Shown piece by piece: positions 29,108 through 39,111 of a stretch of DNA of 64,000 bases. Source of the stretch: an uncultured delta proteobacterium (GTDB taxonomy: Bacteria; Myxococcota; UBA727; VGSZ01); contig CAVZJB010000016.1 in the NCBI GenBank assembly GCA_963775425.1, positions 480,001-544,000 of the forward strand, read 5' to 3'. Every line of letters starts with the position of its first letter. Position 1 is the first letter of the stretch. A program made the position numbers and the translations under genes. Under the pieces are notes generated by a model. It was given only the letters and a program-made list of their open reading frames with translations. It searched no databases and was not told where the DNA came from.

Positions 29108-31900
29108 CTACGGCGTGACGTCCTGGGTGTCCGAGAGCCACGGCGTGAAGGCGCCGTCGCCGTCGACGTCGACGTACAGCGGCGCCGAATAGCAAAAGAC
29201 GCTGCCGCCGCCCGTGGGCGCCAGCCCGCTGCCGCCCTTGCTGACGGCGACCACGAGCAGGTCGCCCTCGCCCGTGGGCAGGCCCGAGAGCGGGTGGTTG
29301 ACGCGCGCGACGTCGTCGGTGAGGGAGCCGGCGGCGGCGGCGACGGGGGCGTCGAGGGCGCCGGCGTCGTCGACCACGACCGCGTCGGGGCCGACGTCGA
29401 GCGGGCGGGCGACGCCGTTGGCGAACAGCTCGAGCGCTCCCGGCGTCACGTGCGGCGGCGCCTGGAGCTTCACGCTCACGCGGTCGAGGTCGGCGGCGGT
29501 GATCATCTGGGCGATGCCCTGGCGACGCTGGCCGTCGACGTACAGCTCCAGGAGGCAGCCCTCGCCCACCGCGTTTTGCTGGGCGCGGATGGCGCGCTTG
29601 GCGTCGTCGCCGGTGACGACCGCCGGGTCATCGGTGCCGATGGTGAGGAAGTTGCGTGGGTAACCGACGCCGCCGTCGATGTGGTGGCTGTCGCTGTTGC
29701 CCATGGCGACGATCTTCATCCCGGCGCCGAGCAGCGCGAAGTAGTCGGCGAGGACGGGGACGTTGGTGGCGTTGCTGTGGGCGAGGCCGGCGAGGGCGGC
29801 GCGGCCGTCTTCGGTGAACAGGTTCACGTCGCCGAGGCTGCCGTTGACCTCCATGGCGTCGAAGTCGCCGGCCCAGTCGCTGTAGATGGTCGCGGGGAAC
29901 GTGGGGATGCTCGGCGGCTGGCGCGGGATGCGGCTCGCCGTGGTGGGGTCGAGCGTGAGCGACGCGAAGTAGCCCGTGAGCTGCGAGCGCGGGTGGTTGA
30001 TCTGGATGATGGGATCGCCCGCCGCCGCGCGCACGTCGGCGAACATCTCGGGCACCGTCTTGAACCACCACATGCGCGAGCCGACGTCGCGCAGGGGATC
30101 GGCGGGGTCGATGGGCCACGGGTACACGTTGAAGTGCCCGATGCCCTGGTAGCTCACCTCGTTGCCGGGGATGACCGAGAGGTACGGCTCGAGCCCCATG
30201 GCGGCGACGTAGGGCGCGAAGTCGGTGATGACGTCGTGGTCGGTGGAGGCGCCGAGCTCGATGCCCTCGGCGGCGTTCTCCATCACCTTGCGCGGCACGG
30301 GCACCTGCGCGTCGATGCTGCCGAGGCAGTGCTGGTGGAACTCGGCCCCGATGAGGCCCGTGGTGTCGAGCACGTGGGCGATGCTCGCCTGCAGCGTTGC
30401 CGTGGCGCCGGCGTCGACGACGACGGGGGCCTCGAAGCGCGTGAACTCGAAGCCGCGCGTCACGTACGCCGTGTACGCGCCCGGCGGCACGTCGGCGTCG
30501 AACACGCCGTCCCTGGTCACCGCGTAGCTGACGGCGCCGTTCGCGCTGAAGTCGGCGAGCACGTCGCTGGCGCGCTGGGTGTCGCCGGTGGGGACGAGGG
30601 TGAGCTTGGCGGGGAGGGTGCCGATGTCGGCGCCGGCGCGGTCGGTGAAGCTGGTCTCGACGTGGACGTGGCCGGTGGCGCCGATGGTGAGCGGCTGCGC
30701 GCGCTTGGCGCGCCCCTGCGTGACGGTGACCGATACCTCGCTGCTGCGCGCCCTGCCCTCGGCGTGCGCGAGCAGTTGGTAGCTGCCCGGCGCGAGCGTG
30801 AGCTCCCAGGTGCCGTCGGCGGCGGTGCGCGCCTCGTTGACGACGTGGGTCCCGTCGGCGTCGAGCGCGCCCGAGAGCGCCGCGACGAGCACGCCGGCGG
30901 TGGGCGCGCCCTCGGGATCGACGACGACGCCGCGGGCGGTGCCGCGCGGCAGATCCTTGAGCTCCATGGCGAGCCTGCTGGTGCTCTCGACGCTGCCGTC
31001 GCCCACGAGGAAGTAGCGCGTGAATTCGTGCTCGCTGCCGACGGGGACGCCGGTGCCGTAGAAGGGCGCGGTGGTGCCCTGGTCGACGAAGGGGATGGTG
31101 ATGTCGCCGTCGGCGGAGACGATGGCGTAGCTCACCTTGTCGCCGCGCGTGCCCGCGAGGAACGAGACGTCGGAGAAGAGCGGGACATCGCCGAAGCCCG
31201 ACTCCGGCGTGTGCGGGCGGTTGGCGCCGCCGAAGGCGACGAAGTCCGCCGGCTGCAGGCTCGGGATGGGCGGGCCGTCATTGAAGACGGTGGTGACGAT
31301 CTCGATGTAGTTGACGTCGGGGTGGAGGATGTAGTCGGTCTGCAGGCGACCCTGGTAGTCCTGCGACAGGTAGTACGCCTGCGGCGCCAGCGTGAGCGCG
31401 GTGGGCGTGCCGGTGACGCGGATGATGCCGTCGCCGCCGGCGCGGCCGTCGGCGATGACCTCGATCTTGTCGACGTGGATCTCCTTGGCGCCGATGGCGC
31501 TCACGTGCTCGCGGAACGTGTCCTCGCCGCTGCCGTCTTTGCGCGCGAGGTCGACGTCGATGAGGTTGCCGCCCTCGGCGGAGTTGCCGGCGGGGCGCGA
31601 GGCGTCCTGGATGATGAAGCGGATGTTGGCGTTGTTGCAGCGAAAGGAGCGCCCCACCTGCGCGAACGCTTGCGGCCCGCCGATGAGCTCGCTCTGTTTG
31701 GTGACGGCGCCGCAGCGCACCTCGCCGGCGCCGGGCACGTTGTCGAGGACGAGCGGCGGCAAGGTGGGCGCGTTGTCGCAGGTGCACGTGCCGGTGAGCC
31801 CGAGCGCCGCCACGGCGACGGCGAGCCCGAAGCGCCGACCGGAGAGCGCTCCGGCACTTCGACGATTGACAACGGCAGCGGGTGCTGGGGTGCGGGGCAT
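29108..31900 (-). CDS. CehA/McbA-family (PHP-like) metallohydrolase lipoprotein with carboxypeptidase-regulatory-like domains
   Basis: Lipobox LTGTC, EFHQH..SID, STDHD, GNE, GHFN, INHPR, GNSDSH, GYPRN. Confidence 0.8.
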   Translation of the reverse strand: MPRTPAPAAVVNRRSAGALSGRRFGLAVAVAALGLTGTCTCDNAPTLPPLVLDNVPGAGEVRCGAVTKQSELIGGPQAFAQVGRSFRCNNANIRFIIQDASRPAGNSAEGGNLIDVDLARKDGSGEDTFREHVSAIGAKEIHVDKIEVIADGRAGGDGIIRVTGTPTALTLAPQAYYLSQDYQGRLQTDYILHPDVNYIEIVTTVFNDGPPIPSLQPADFVAFGGANRPHTPESGFGDVPLFSDVSFLAGTRGDKVSYAIVSADGDITIPFVDQGTTAPFYGTGVPVGSEHEFTRYFLVGDGSVESTSRLAMELKDLPRGTARGVVVDPEGAPTAGVLVAALSGALDADGTHVVNEARTAADGTWELTLAPGSYQLLAHAEGRARSSEVSVTVTQGRAKRAQPLTIGATGHVHVETSFTDRAGADIGTLPAKLTLVPTGDTQRASDVLADFSANGAVSYAVTRDGVFDADVPPGAYTAYVTRGFEFTRFEAPVVVDAGATATLQASIAHVLDTTGLIGAEFHQHCLGSIDAQVPVPRKVMENAAEGIELGASTDHDVITDFAPYVAAMGLEPYLSVIPGNEVSYQGIGHFNVYPWPIDPADPLRDVGSRMWWFKTVPEMFADVRAAAGDPIIQINHPRSQLTGYFASLTLDPTTASRIPRQPPSIPTFPATIYSDWAGDFDAMEVNGSLGDVNLFTEDGRAALAGLAHSNATNVPVLADYFALLGAGMKIVAMGNSDSHHIDGGVGYPRNFLTIGTDDPAVVTGDDAKRAIRAQQNAVGEGCLLELYVDGQRRQGIAQMITAADLDRVSVKLQAPPHVTPGALELFANGVARPLDVGPDAVVVDDAGALDAPVAAAAGSLTDDVARVNHPLSGLPTGEGDLLVVAVSKGGSGLAPTGGGSVFCYSAPLYVDVDGDGAFTPWLSDTQDVTP

Positions 31901-31909
31901 CCGAGCAGG

Positions 31910-33125
31910 CTAGCGCTGCAGCGGGAGATGTCGACGGAGGAACCGCGTGATCGGTGACCAGACGCGGCCCGGCGCGTTGTCGCCGATGAGCAGGTCGATG
32001 TGCCCCGCGGGCGCCTCGAGGTACGTGCGCGCCGCGCTCCCGACGCGCTCGAAGAGCGGCCGTGCGCCCGAGGGCGGCGCGAGGTCGTCGGCGTCGCCGG
32101 CGACGACGAGGATGGGGCGGTCGAAGCGCGCGAGGCGCGCGCCGGCGTCGACGGCGCCGGCGCGGCCGGCGTCGGTGGCGACGAGCTCGAGGAGGTCGGC
32201 GAACGCGGCCCAACTGTCGTCGGCGAAGCTCTCCCGGAGCGTGAACGCGAGCGATTCTCTCGTCGAGCGAGCCCGGCGCCCAGATGCGCACCGGCGCGGG
32301 GAACGCGGGCGTGTCGAGCGCGCCGCGCATCGCGTAGAGGAAGCCGCTCCAGCGGCGCCCCTCGAAGCGAAAGCCGCGCGCATGCGCGAAGCGCGCCGCG
32401 CGGACGCTGCGCGCGGCGGGCATCAGGCGGAACAGCTCGGGGCGCCCGGGGAACAGCGGCGCGCCGATGGTCACGACGGCGTCGAGCCTGTCGCGCGCGG
32501 CGTCGGGGAGGAGCGCGCCGACGAGGCCGCCCATGGAGTGCCCGAGCCACGCGACGCTCTTGTGGCGCGACGCCACGTAGGCGACGACGGCGGCGCCGTC
32601 CGCGTCGGTGTACTCGTGGAGGCCGGCGGCGGTGCCCACGCCCCGGCGCCCGCGCAGCTCGACGACGTACACCACGAGCCCGAGCCCGCGCAGGTGCGCG
32701 AGCAGCGAGCGCTTGTGGCACTCGAAGCTCATGCGGTTCTGGATGTAGCCGTGGCACACGACAATCGCGGGCGCGTCCTCGTCGACGCCCGCGTCCCGGC
32801 TGCGCCACACGTCCACGCCGACCCCGCCCGCGACGACGACGACGTGCTCCACCGCTGCGGCGGCCTCGTCACGCGAGGCGCTCTCGGCGTGGGGCGCGCT
32901 CTCGGCGGCCTGCTCGCGCGCGGCGCTCTCGGCGTGGGGCGCGCTCTCGGCGGCCTGCTCGCGCGCGGCGCTGTCGGCGTGGGGCGCGCTCTCGGCGGCC
33001 TGCTCGCGCGCGGCGCTGTCGGCGTGGGGCGCGCCCTCGGCGGCCTGCTCGCGCGCGGCGCTGTCGGCGTGGGGCGCGCCCTCGTAGGGCGGGGGCTTGT
33101 CCCCCGCGTCGCCGCCGCGGTTCAC
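31910..33125 (-). pseudogene. Alpha/beta hydrolase with a frameshift near 32260
   Basis: CHGY and GHSMGG in one frame; GDADDLAP and GHIDL in the other; frames switch at GAC GAG A GAA TCG. Confidence 0.75.
32870..33083. repeat. ~5 x 42-bp in-frame repeat (EGAPHADSAAREQAA-type units) at the hydrolase N-terminus
   Basis: Directly visible near-identical units. Confidence 0.9.
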
Positions 33126-34828
33126 ACGAGGAAATCCGTGACCACGTCGGGCTGCTTGAGCTCCTGGTTGAGCTTCTGCCGCCGCTCGGAGAGCGCCGTG
33201 AGCGTCTCGAGGATCTGCGGGTGCGTCATGATGATCTCGTTGAACGACTCGCGCGGCAGCCGCAGCACCACGCACGGCGACGAGGCTCGCACGGACGCAC
33301 AGGTCTTCTTGTGCCAGAGCATGGACATCTCGCCGAAGACGTCGCCCTCCTTGAGCTCTGCGAGCAGGACCTCCCCGCCCTGGTCCTTGGCGTCGAGCAC
33401 GTCACAGCGGCCCGACAACAGCACGTAGAGGCCTTCGCCCGGGTGCTCTCGCGTGATGAGGTAGGTGCCCTCGTCGACGGAGCGCGACTTGAAGCGCTCG
33501 ATGAGCTCTTTTTTGTCCTTGGTGGAGAAGGGCTGAAAGATGGGGCTCGTCTTCAGGAGGTTGGTGAGCAGGCGGTTCTTGTGGAAACGCTTCATCACCT
33601 CGCCCACGGACGGGTACTCGGTGGTGATGTCGGCGAGCAGCTCGCGCGAGATCTCGAAGAGCATGGTGTCGTCGGCGCAGACCACGCTCGCCATGCGCGG
33701 CGCGTCCGAGAGGAGCGCCATCTCCCCGAAGAACGCGCCGTCCGACAGCTCCGCGAGGAGGATGTCGGGCTGACCGAGCTCGAGCGAGGTGCGCTTCACG
33801 ACGACGCGCCCCTGGATGATGATGAACATCGAGGTGCCGCGCTCGCCCTCCTGCACGAGCACCTCGTCCTTGCCGGCCACCCGCAGGTCCATGCGCTCCG
33901 TGAGCGTGATGAACGCTTCGCGCGGAAGATCGGAGAACAGCGGGATGGGCGGCACCTGATCGACGTCGATCTGCGCGGGCTCGGTGAGCTCGATGATGTC
34001 GCTTTCATCTTCACCCACCACCACCGGCGCCATCTCTTCGACGGCGAAGGCGGGCTCGTCCTGGGGCACGGGTGGCGGCTCGACGTGGGGGGCGCCGGCG
34101 AAGCCCTGGAGCGCGGCGAGCATGGCGGCGTCGGTGGGCGCGGCCTCGTCCGGCGGGAGGTCGGGCGGCAGCGGCCGGCCCTCTTGCGACGCGCTCGTGC
34201 CGACGACCACGGGGACGCCCTCGCCGGACATGATGCTGATCTCGATGGGCGCGCCGACGACGGCGCCGCCGTCGTTGGCGTCGAAGCTGACGTCTATGGC
34301 GATGGCGTCGCCGTGGTCTTCGTCGTCGGCCTGTCGGCGCTGGGCCTGCATCGCCTCGAGCGCGGCCGCCTCCGCCGTGCCCGGCGCGGGCCGCGGCTGG
34401 AGCTGAGACGCGGGCATCCCGCGGATGTCCGCTGCGGAGCGCTTGGCGCCGGGGGCGAGCGCGGTGCTCATCGCCTTGGGCATGGCGACGGCGCCGGAGC
34501 CCTCACCGCGGCGACGCGTCGAGAGCTCGGCGAGGATGTGCTGCGTCTCTTTGTGCGCCGGATCGATCTGCAGGATGATCTTGCAGACGGCGATGGCCTT
34601 CAGCAGGAGGCCGTCGGCGGCGTAGCTGCCGGCCACGCTCTGGTACTCGAGGACGGCTTCGCGCACGCGGCCCATGCGCGCATAGATCTCCGCGAGCTTC
34701 TGGCGCGCGGTGAGGTCGCGGGGATCGAGCTTGACGATCCTGACGTACTCGTCGGCCGCGTCCCCGAGCTTGCCCTTCGCGATGAGGCGGGACGCGGTGT
34801 CCTTGAGCTTGCGGATCTTCTCCGACAT
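33122..34828 (-). CDS. TPR + tandem cyclic-nucleotide-binding domain protein
   Basis: N-terminal TPR (LLKAIAVCKIILQIDP), FFGEMALL..PRMASV, VFGEMSML...ASV. Confidence 0.88.
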   Translation of the reverse strand: MSEKIRKLKDTASRLIAKGKLGDAADEYVRIVKLDPRDLTARQKLAEIYARMGRVREAVLEYQSVAGSYAADGLLLKAIAVCKIILQIDPAHKETQHILAELSTRRRGEGSGAVAMPKAMSTALAPGAKRSAADIRGMPASQLQPRPAPGTAEAAALEAMQAQRRQADDEDHGDAIAIDVSFDANDGGAVVGAPIEISIMSGEGVPVVVGTSASQEGRPLPPDLPPDEAAPTDAAMLAALQGFAGAPHVEPPPVPQDEPAFAVEEMAPVVVGEDESDIIELTEPAQIDVDQVPPIPLFSDLPREAFITLTERMDLRVAGKDEVLVQEGERGTSMFIIIQGRVVVKRTSLELGQPDILLAELSDGAFFGEMALLSDAPRMASVVCADDTMLFEISRELLADITTEYPSVGEVMKRFHKNRLLTNLLKTSPIFQPFSTKDKKELIERFKSRSVDEGTYLITREHPGEGLYVLLSGRCDVLDAKDQGGEVLLAELKEGDVFGEMSMLWHKKTCASVRASSPCVVLRLPRESFNEIIMTHPQILETLTALSERRQKLNQELKQPDVVTDFLV

Positions 34829-34874
34829 TCGGGGAGGATGGCACCGGTTCGGGGGGAAATGCGACTGTGGCCCT

Positions 34875-35726
34875 TCAACCGGGGAGAATTCTGTACCAGC
34901 GCCCCTCCTCGACGACGATGGGCCTCACGCGGACCCCTTGCGGCACGCGCCGCCAGCCGGGCTCGGCTTTCACGACGAGGCCACCGAGGGCGCTGAGGCC
35001 GATGTCGTCGCCGAGGAGAACGGCGTAGCGCGCGTGTGAAAGCCCGGCGAGGAGCAAGGCGTCCTCGCGGTCGAGGGTCCGTGGTGCTCCAGCGAACGAG
35101 AGGCCGAGCGCGCACGCGGCCACCACCTCGGCGCCGTGGTCGCGCGCGAACTGCGCGGCGCCCGCGGCGACGTCGAGGGGCGGCGGAGCGCCGGCGTGCC
35201 ACAGGGTGCGGCCGCCACGCGAGAGGTGGAAGCCGACGGCGTCGGCGCCCAGGAGCGAGCCCGACGGCGACATGCTGACGACGACGTCGCGCGTCTCGAA
35301 GACGTCGCCGGCGCGGACGACGCGCACGCGGCGGAAGCCCTGGTAGCGGAGGATCTTCGCCGTCTGCTCGTCGGGGACGAAGCACGACGCGCGGCGGCCG
35401 CGCAGGCGCGCCGTCGACGCACCGTCGAACGCGCCGGGCTCGCGCGCGGTGACGAGGAGGACGTCGACGTCGCCGGTGTCCTCGGGCGCGATGGACGCCG
35501 GCGGCGCGTCATAGAGGACCGACGCGCCGAGGTCCTCGGCGAAGCACGGATCGACGAGCACGCGGCGCCCACCGAGATCGACGAGGAGCGTGCGCCCGCG
35601 GACGCGGAAGATGCGCAGCGTCGCCGCGTCGGCCTCCCGGGCGCGCGCCCCACCCGTCGCGAGCGCGGCGCCCGCGCCGGCGGCGACGACGAGGAGGTCG
35701 CGGCGCTTGAGCACGGCGCCGACCAT
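34875..35726 (-). CDS. Tat-exported MBL-fold protein lacking metal ligands
   Basis: KRRDLL Tat motif, LLVDLGGRRVLVDP; VLLVTAREPGAFD in place of HxHxDH. Confidence 0.65.
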   Translation of the reverse strand: MVGAVLKRRDLLVVAAGAGAALATGGARAREADAATLRIFRVRGRTLLVDLGGRRVLVDPCFAEDLGASVLYDAPPASIAPEDTGDVDVLLVTAREPGAFDGASTARLRGRRASCFVPDEQTAKILRYQGFRRVRVVRAGDVFETRDVVVSMSPSGSLLGADAVGFHLSRGGRTLWHAGAPPPLDVAAGAAQFARDHGAEVVAACALGLSFAGAPRTLDREDALLLAGLSHARYAVLLGDDIGLSALGGLVVKAEPGWRRVPQGVRVRPIVVEEGRWYRILPG

Positions 35727-35826
35727 AGCCTGCGCGCGCGGCGCGGGCGCGGGCGCGGGCTCCCGCGCCACGGCGACGTCCCCCTCCGAAGCCGGCGCGC
35801 CGTCGCGGATGTTAGCTTGTGCGCCC

Positions 35827-36810
35827 ATGGGGCGGATCAAGGAAGCGCTCGCCAAGGTGCGGCCGTTCCTGCCGTGGCTGAGCCTCGGCACCGGCATCGG
35901 CGGCGCCGTGCTCATGCACCGCACGCCGGAGCGCGCGTGGCTCGTGGTCGTCGCGTCCATCGCGGGCTGGGTCGCCCTCGTCGTCTTCAACCTCGCCGAG
36001 CGCGCGTGGAGCCGCGCCGACAAGACCGTCACCAAGCGCGGCGCGCGCTTCGCCCTGCTGTTGTCGAACCAGATGGCGATGCAGCAGGCGCTGTTGTTCC
36101 CCCTGCCCTTCTACGTGAAGGCCGCGAACCTCCCTCACGTCCAGCTCGGCCACGTCGTGTTCTTCCTCGTCTACGCAGGCGCCCTCGCCGTGGTCATGTG
36201 GGATCCGTTGTTCGAGCGCGCGATGTCGTCGGTGGCCGCCGCGTTCGCGCTGCAGGCCTTCGCCGTGTTCGTCGGCCTCGACATGGTGCTCCCCGTGCTG
36301 GGCCTGTCGAACGGCGTCGCCCTCGTCGTCGCCGGCGCCGCCACCGGCATCGGGGTGCCCCTCCTGGTGCTCCTCCTGCGCCCGCGCTCCTCCACCGTCG
36401 TGCGCGACCGCGTCGTCGCCGTCAGCGGCGCCGTCGTCGTCGTCGTGCTCCTGCGCCTCGCCGCCCCGCTCGTGCCCCCCGCGCCGCTCGAGCTCAAAAG
36501 CGTCGCCGTCGGCACGAACGTCGAGCACCGCGAGCTCGTCGGATCCGGCGGCGCGTTCGATCACCCGGCCGCGCTGTACTGCCACTCGGCCATCGCCGCC
36601 CCGCTCGGCCTCAAGGACGCGCTCGTGCACGTGTGGAAGCGGGACGGGAAGCCGTACGACGCCGTCACCCTCGACGTGCGCGGCGGGCGCCAGGCGGGCT
36701 TTCGCACGTGGTCGCGCGAGACCGCACCGAAGCCCGGGCGCTATCGCTGCACCGTCGAGACGTCCTCCGGACAGGTGCTCGGCGGCGTCAGCGTCGATGT
36801 CCGCGACTGA
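35827..36810 (+). CDS. Membrane protein with C-terminal DUF2914-like domain
   Basis: Multi-TM, FPLPFY, LYCHSAIAAP, HVW, GGRQAGFRTWS, GRYRCTVET. Confidence 0.8.
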   Translation: MGRIKEALAKVRPFLPWLSLGTGIGGAVLMHRTPERAWLVVVASIAGWVALVVFNLAERAWSRADKTVTKRGARFALLLSNQMAMQQALLFPLPFYVKAANLPHVQLGHVVFFLVYAGALAVVMWDPLFERAMSSVAAAFALQAFAVFVGLDMVLPVLGLSNGVALVVAGAATGIGVPLLVLLLRPRSSTVVRDRVVAVSGAVVVVVLLRLAAPLVPPAPLELKSVAVGTNVEHRELVGSGGAFDHPAALYCHSAIAAPLGLKDALVHVWKRDGKPYDAVTLDVRGGRQAGFRTWSRETAPKPGRYRCTVETSSGQVLGGVSVDVRD

Positions 36811-36820
36811 CCGGGACCGG

Positions 36821-37567
36821 CTAGAGCGCTCCGATGTGCCACGTGACGCCGGCGTTCGCGCCGACGGTCACGGGGCTCGTCGGCCCGCCCTTCACCGTGG
36901 TGGCCGCGGCGAACGCCCACAGCTCGAGGCTCCACGCGCCGGTGAGCCGAACGCGGACGGTGGGGACGTCGGCAGGCACGGCGCCGCCGGGGGAGCCGAC
37001 GCCGATGGTGGCGCTGTCGCGCCCGCCCGCGGTGTCGTGTCGGGCGGCGAGCCGGCCCGAGAACCCGAGCGACCAGCGGTCGTCGAGCCTCACGACGACG
37101 CCGGCGACGCCGCCGCCGGCCTCGTCCACGACGTCGCCGCCGGCGGTCTGCGCGCTCGCATCGGCGGTGAAGACGAGCGCCATCCGCCTGCCGACGAGGG
37201 ACACGGTGCCGGCGAGCGCGGGCGCGAGGATGACGCCCGCGGCGCTGCTGTAGCCGGCGCCCGCGAGGCCGGTGGTGACGGCGAAGCGCGGCGAGAGGCC
37301 GCCGACGCCGCCGATGTCGTCGACGGAGAAGCTACCCGTGACGAGGAGCGGCAACGCGAGCTGCACGTTGTCGGTGATGCCCCAACGCGCGCCCAGGGCG
37401 ACGCTCGGCGCCACCGGCGCCACCGGCGACGACGTGAACGCGAGCCCCGACGCGGCCATGAGGTCGACGGTGCCGGCGCGCGCAGGCTCGAGCTGCAGCG
37501 CCCACCCCGCGGAGGACGGCGGCGACCCGATCGGCGCGGCGGCCAGGCAGAGCGCGAGGGCGATCAC
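36821..37567 (-). CDS. Hypothetical exported, beta-strand-rich (possible outer-membrane) protein
   Basis: Signal peptide, amphipathic strands, ends ANAGVTW. Confidence 0.55.
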   Translation of the reverse strand: MIALALCLAAAPIGSPPSSAGWALQLEPARAGTVDLMAASGLAFTSSPVAPVAPSVALGARWGITDNVQLALPLLVTGSFSVDDIGGVGGLSPRFAVTTGLAGAGYSSAAGVILAPALAGTVSLVGRRMALVFTADASAQTAGGDVVDEAGGGVAGVVVRLDDRWSLGFSGRLAARHDTAGGRDSATIGVGSPGGAVPADVPTVRVRLTGAWSLELWAFAAATTVKGGPTSPVTVGANAGVTWHIGAL

Positions 37568-37595
37568 GGCGATCCGGCGCCGGGACGCGCGCGTT

Positions 37596-38078
37596 TCACG
37601 TCGACGCCTCGGTGCCGACGATGGGACCGACGGCGATGGTGAAGGTGGTCTCGCCGATGACGAAGCTGTCGCCGTCGAGGAGGGTCATGCGCTCGACCCG
37701 CTCGTCGTCGACGAGCACGCCGTTTCGGCTGCCGAGGTCGGCGATCTCGAAGTAGCCGCCGGCGTTGCGGCTGATGCGCGCGTGCCGGCGGCTGGCGCTG
37801 TCCTCGGCGAGCACGATGTCGCAGCGCGGGTCGCGCCCGATGACGGTCTCGGTGCGGTCGAGGGGGACGCGCACCTCGGGGTGCTTGGGCCGCTTGACGA
37901 GGAGCTCGGCCGCCGTGGTCCGGCGCCGCCTGGTGGCGGCCTTGTCGGCGAGCGCCTTCAGCTTGTACGGCTGCGTCTTGTCCTCGACCTTCTCGGCCGG
38001 CGCCTCCTCCTCCTCGGCCCCGTCGGCGGGGGCCTCGGCGCCGGCGTTCGAGGCCTCGGGGTTGTCGCTCTCGCTCAC
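37596..38078 (-). CDS. FHA domain protein
   Basis: IGRDPRCDI, SRRHARI, DLGSRNGV; start approximate. Confidence 0.88.
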   Translation of the reverse strand: MSESDNPEASNAGAEAPADGAEEEEAPAEKVEDKTQPYKLKALADKAATRRRRTTAAELLVKRPKHPEVRVPLDRTETVIGRDPRCDIVLAEDSASRRHARISRNAGGYFEIADLGSRNGVLVDDERVERMTLLDGDSFVIGETTFTIAVGPIVGTEAST

Positions 38079-38115
38079 GACGGGGAATCTAGCCTGCGCC
38101 GACGACGTCGCGCCA

Positions 38116-39111
38116 TCACGCCCGCGCCGGCGCCGGCGTCGCCGCCTGGTCACGCGGGCGGCGCGGGTGCGGCATCGCGAGCGCCTCTTCGAGGTACGCG
38201 AGCACCGCCGGGACGTCGTTGTCGACGACGACGGCCGGGTCGTGCGGGTTGAAGCGCCAAAACAGCGACGGCGCGCGCAGGTGCTGCGCCACGCTCTGCG
38301 CGATGGAGAAGCACTCGAGGGTCATGGCCCAGCAGCCGTAGTCGTGGTGCAGGCGATCCTCGAGCTCGCCGGTGAGGACGTCGACGAAGCGGTTGGCGAG
38401 GCGCACGTAGCGCGCGCGACGCTGCGCCCGCCGCGCCGCGTGGGCGAGCCTCTTGTACGCGCGGGCCTCCTCGGCGGTGCGCACGCACGGCGGGATGCAG
38501 GTGCCCATGAAGGAGTGCAGGCTCAGGCAGGCGATGAAGCGCTCGCGCTCGCAAAAGGCGTCGAGCGCGCGCGCCTCCGGCTCCGACAGCGGCGCGCTGC
38601 CCCGGTACGTCGACGACCACGGATCGCTCGAGCCCGAGCCGGAGAAGCGCGTGCTCACGTGCCGCACGAACGCCGACGACGGCACGCCCGCGGGCACGGG
38701 GAAGTTCCGGTTGAGGTCCACGCCGTGGTCGTTGGTGCGCAGGGCCTTGAGCGTGCCCGCGCCGCCGGCGGCCTCCACGCGTGCGTATCCGTCGACGTTG
38801 ACGCACGGGAGCACGACGACCTCGGCCCGCGCGCGCAGCGGGTGCCCCTCGGCCAGCGCGCGCAAGACGCCCATGGCCACGCGCGAGCCAATCCACTCGG
38901 GTCCGTGGATGTTGGCGTCGACGAGCACCCGCGCGCGAGGCTCGAGGGCCCCGTCGCTCGTGCACGGCACCCGCGCCGCGCGGATCGGGCGGCCGCCCGC
39001 GCTCTCGCCCACGACGACAATCTCGCCGCCGGCCTTGGCGCAGAGGTCCTCGAGCTCGCGCTCGCGCTGGTCGCTGCCCGGATACGGCGCGGTGCCCTCG
39101 CGCGCGCTCAC
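38116..39111 (-). CDS. M14 family zinc carboxypeptidase
   Basis: NIHGPEW, NVDG, RTNDHGVDLNRNF, SEPEA, LSLHS, TLE; GTG start overlaps upstream stop. Confidence 0.88.
   Translation of the reverse strand: MSAREGTAPYPGSDQRERELEDLCAKAGGEIVVVGESAGGRPIRAARVPCTSDGALEPRARVLVDANIHGPEWIGSRVAMGVLRALAEGHPLRARAEVVVLPCVNVDGYARVEAAGGAGTLKALRTNDHGVDLNRNFPVPAGVPSSAFVRHVSTRFSGSGSSDPWSSTYRGSAPLSEPEARALDAFCERERFIACLSLHSFMGTCIPPCVRTAEEARAYKRLAHAARRAQRRARYVRLANRFVDVLTGELEDRLHHDYGCWAMTLECFSIAQSVAQHLRAPSLFWRFNPHDPAVVVDNDVPAVLAYLEEALAMPHPRRPRDQAATPAPARA

Noticed and set aside
31836-31856. CGACCGGAGAGCG as another copy of the array motif
   Set aside because: Short partial match inside a signal-peptide coding region, expected by chance at this GC content.
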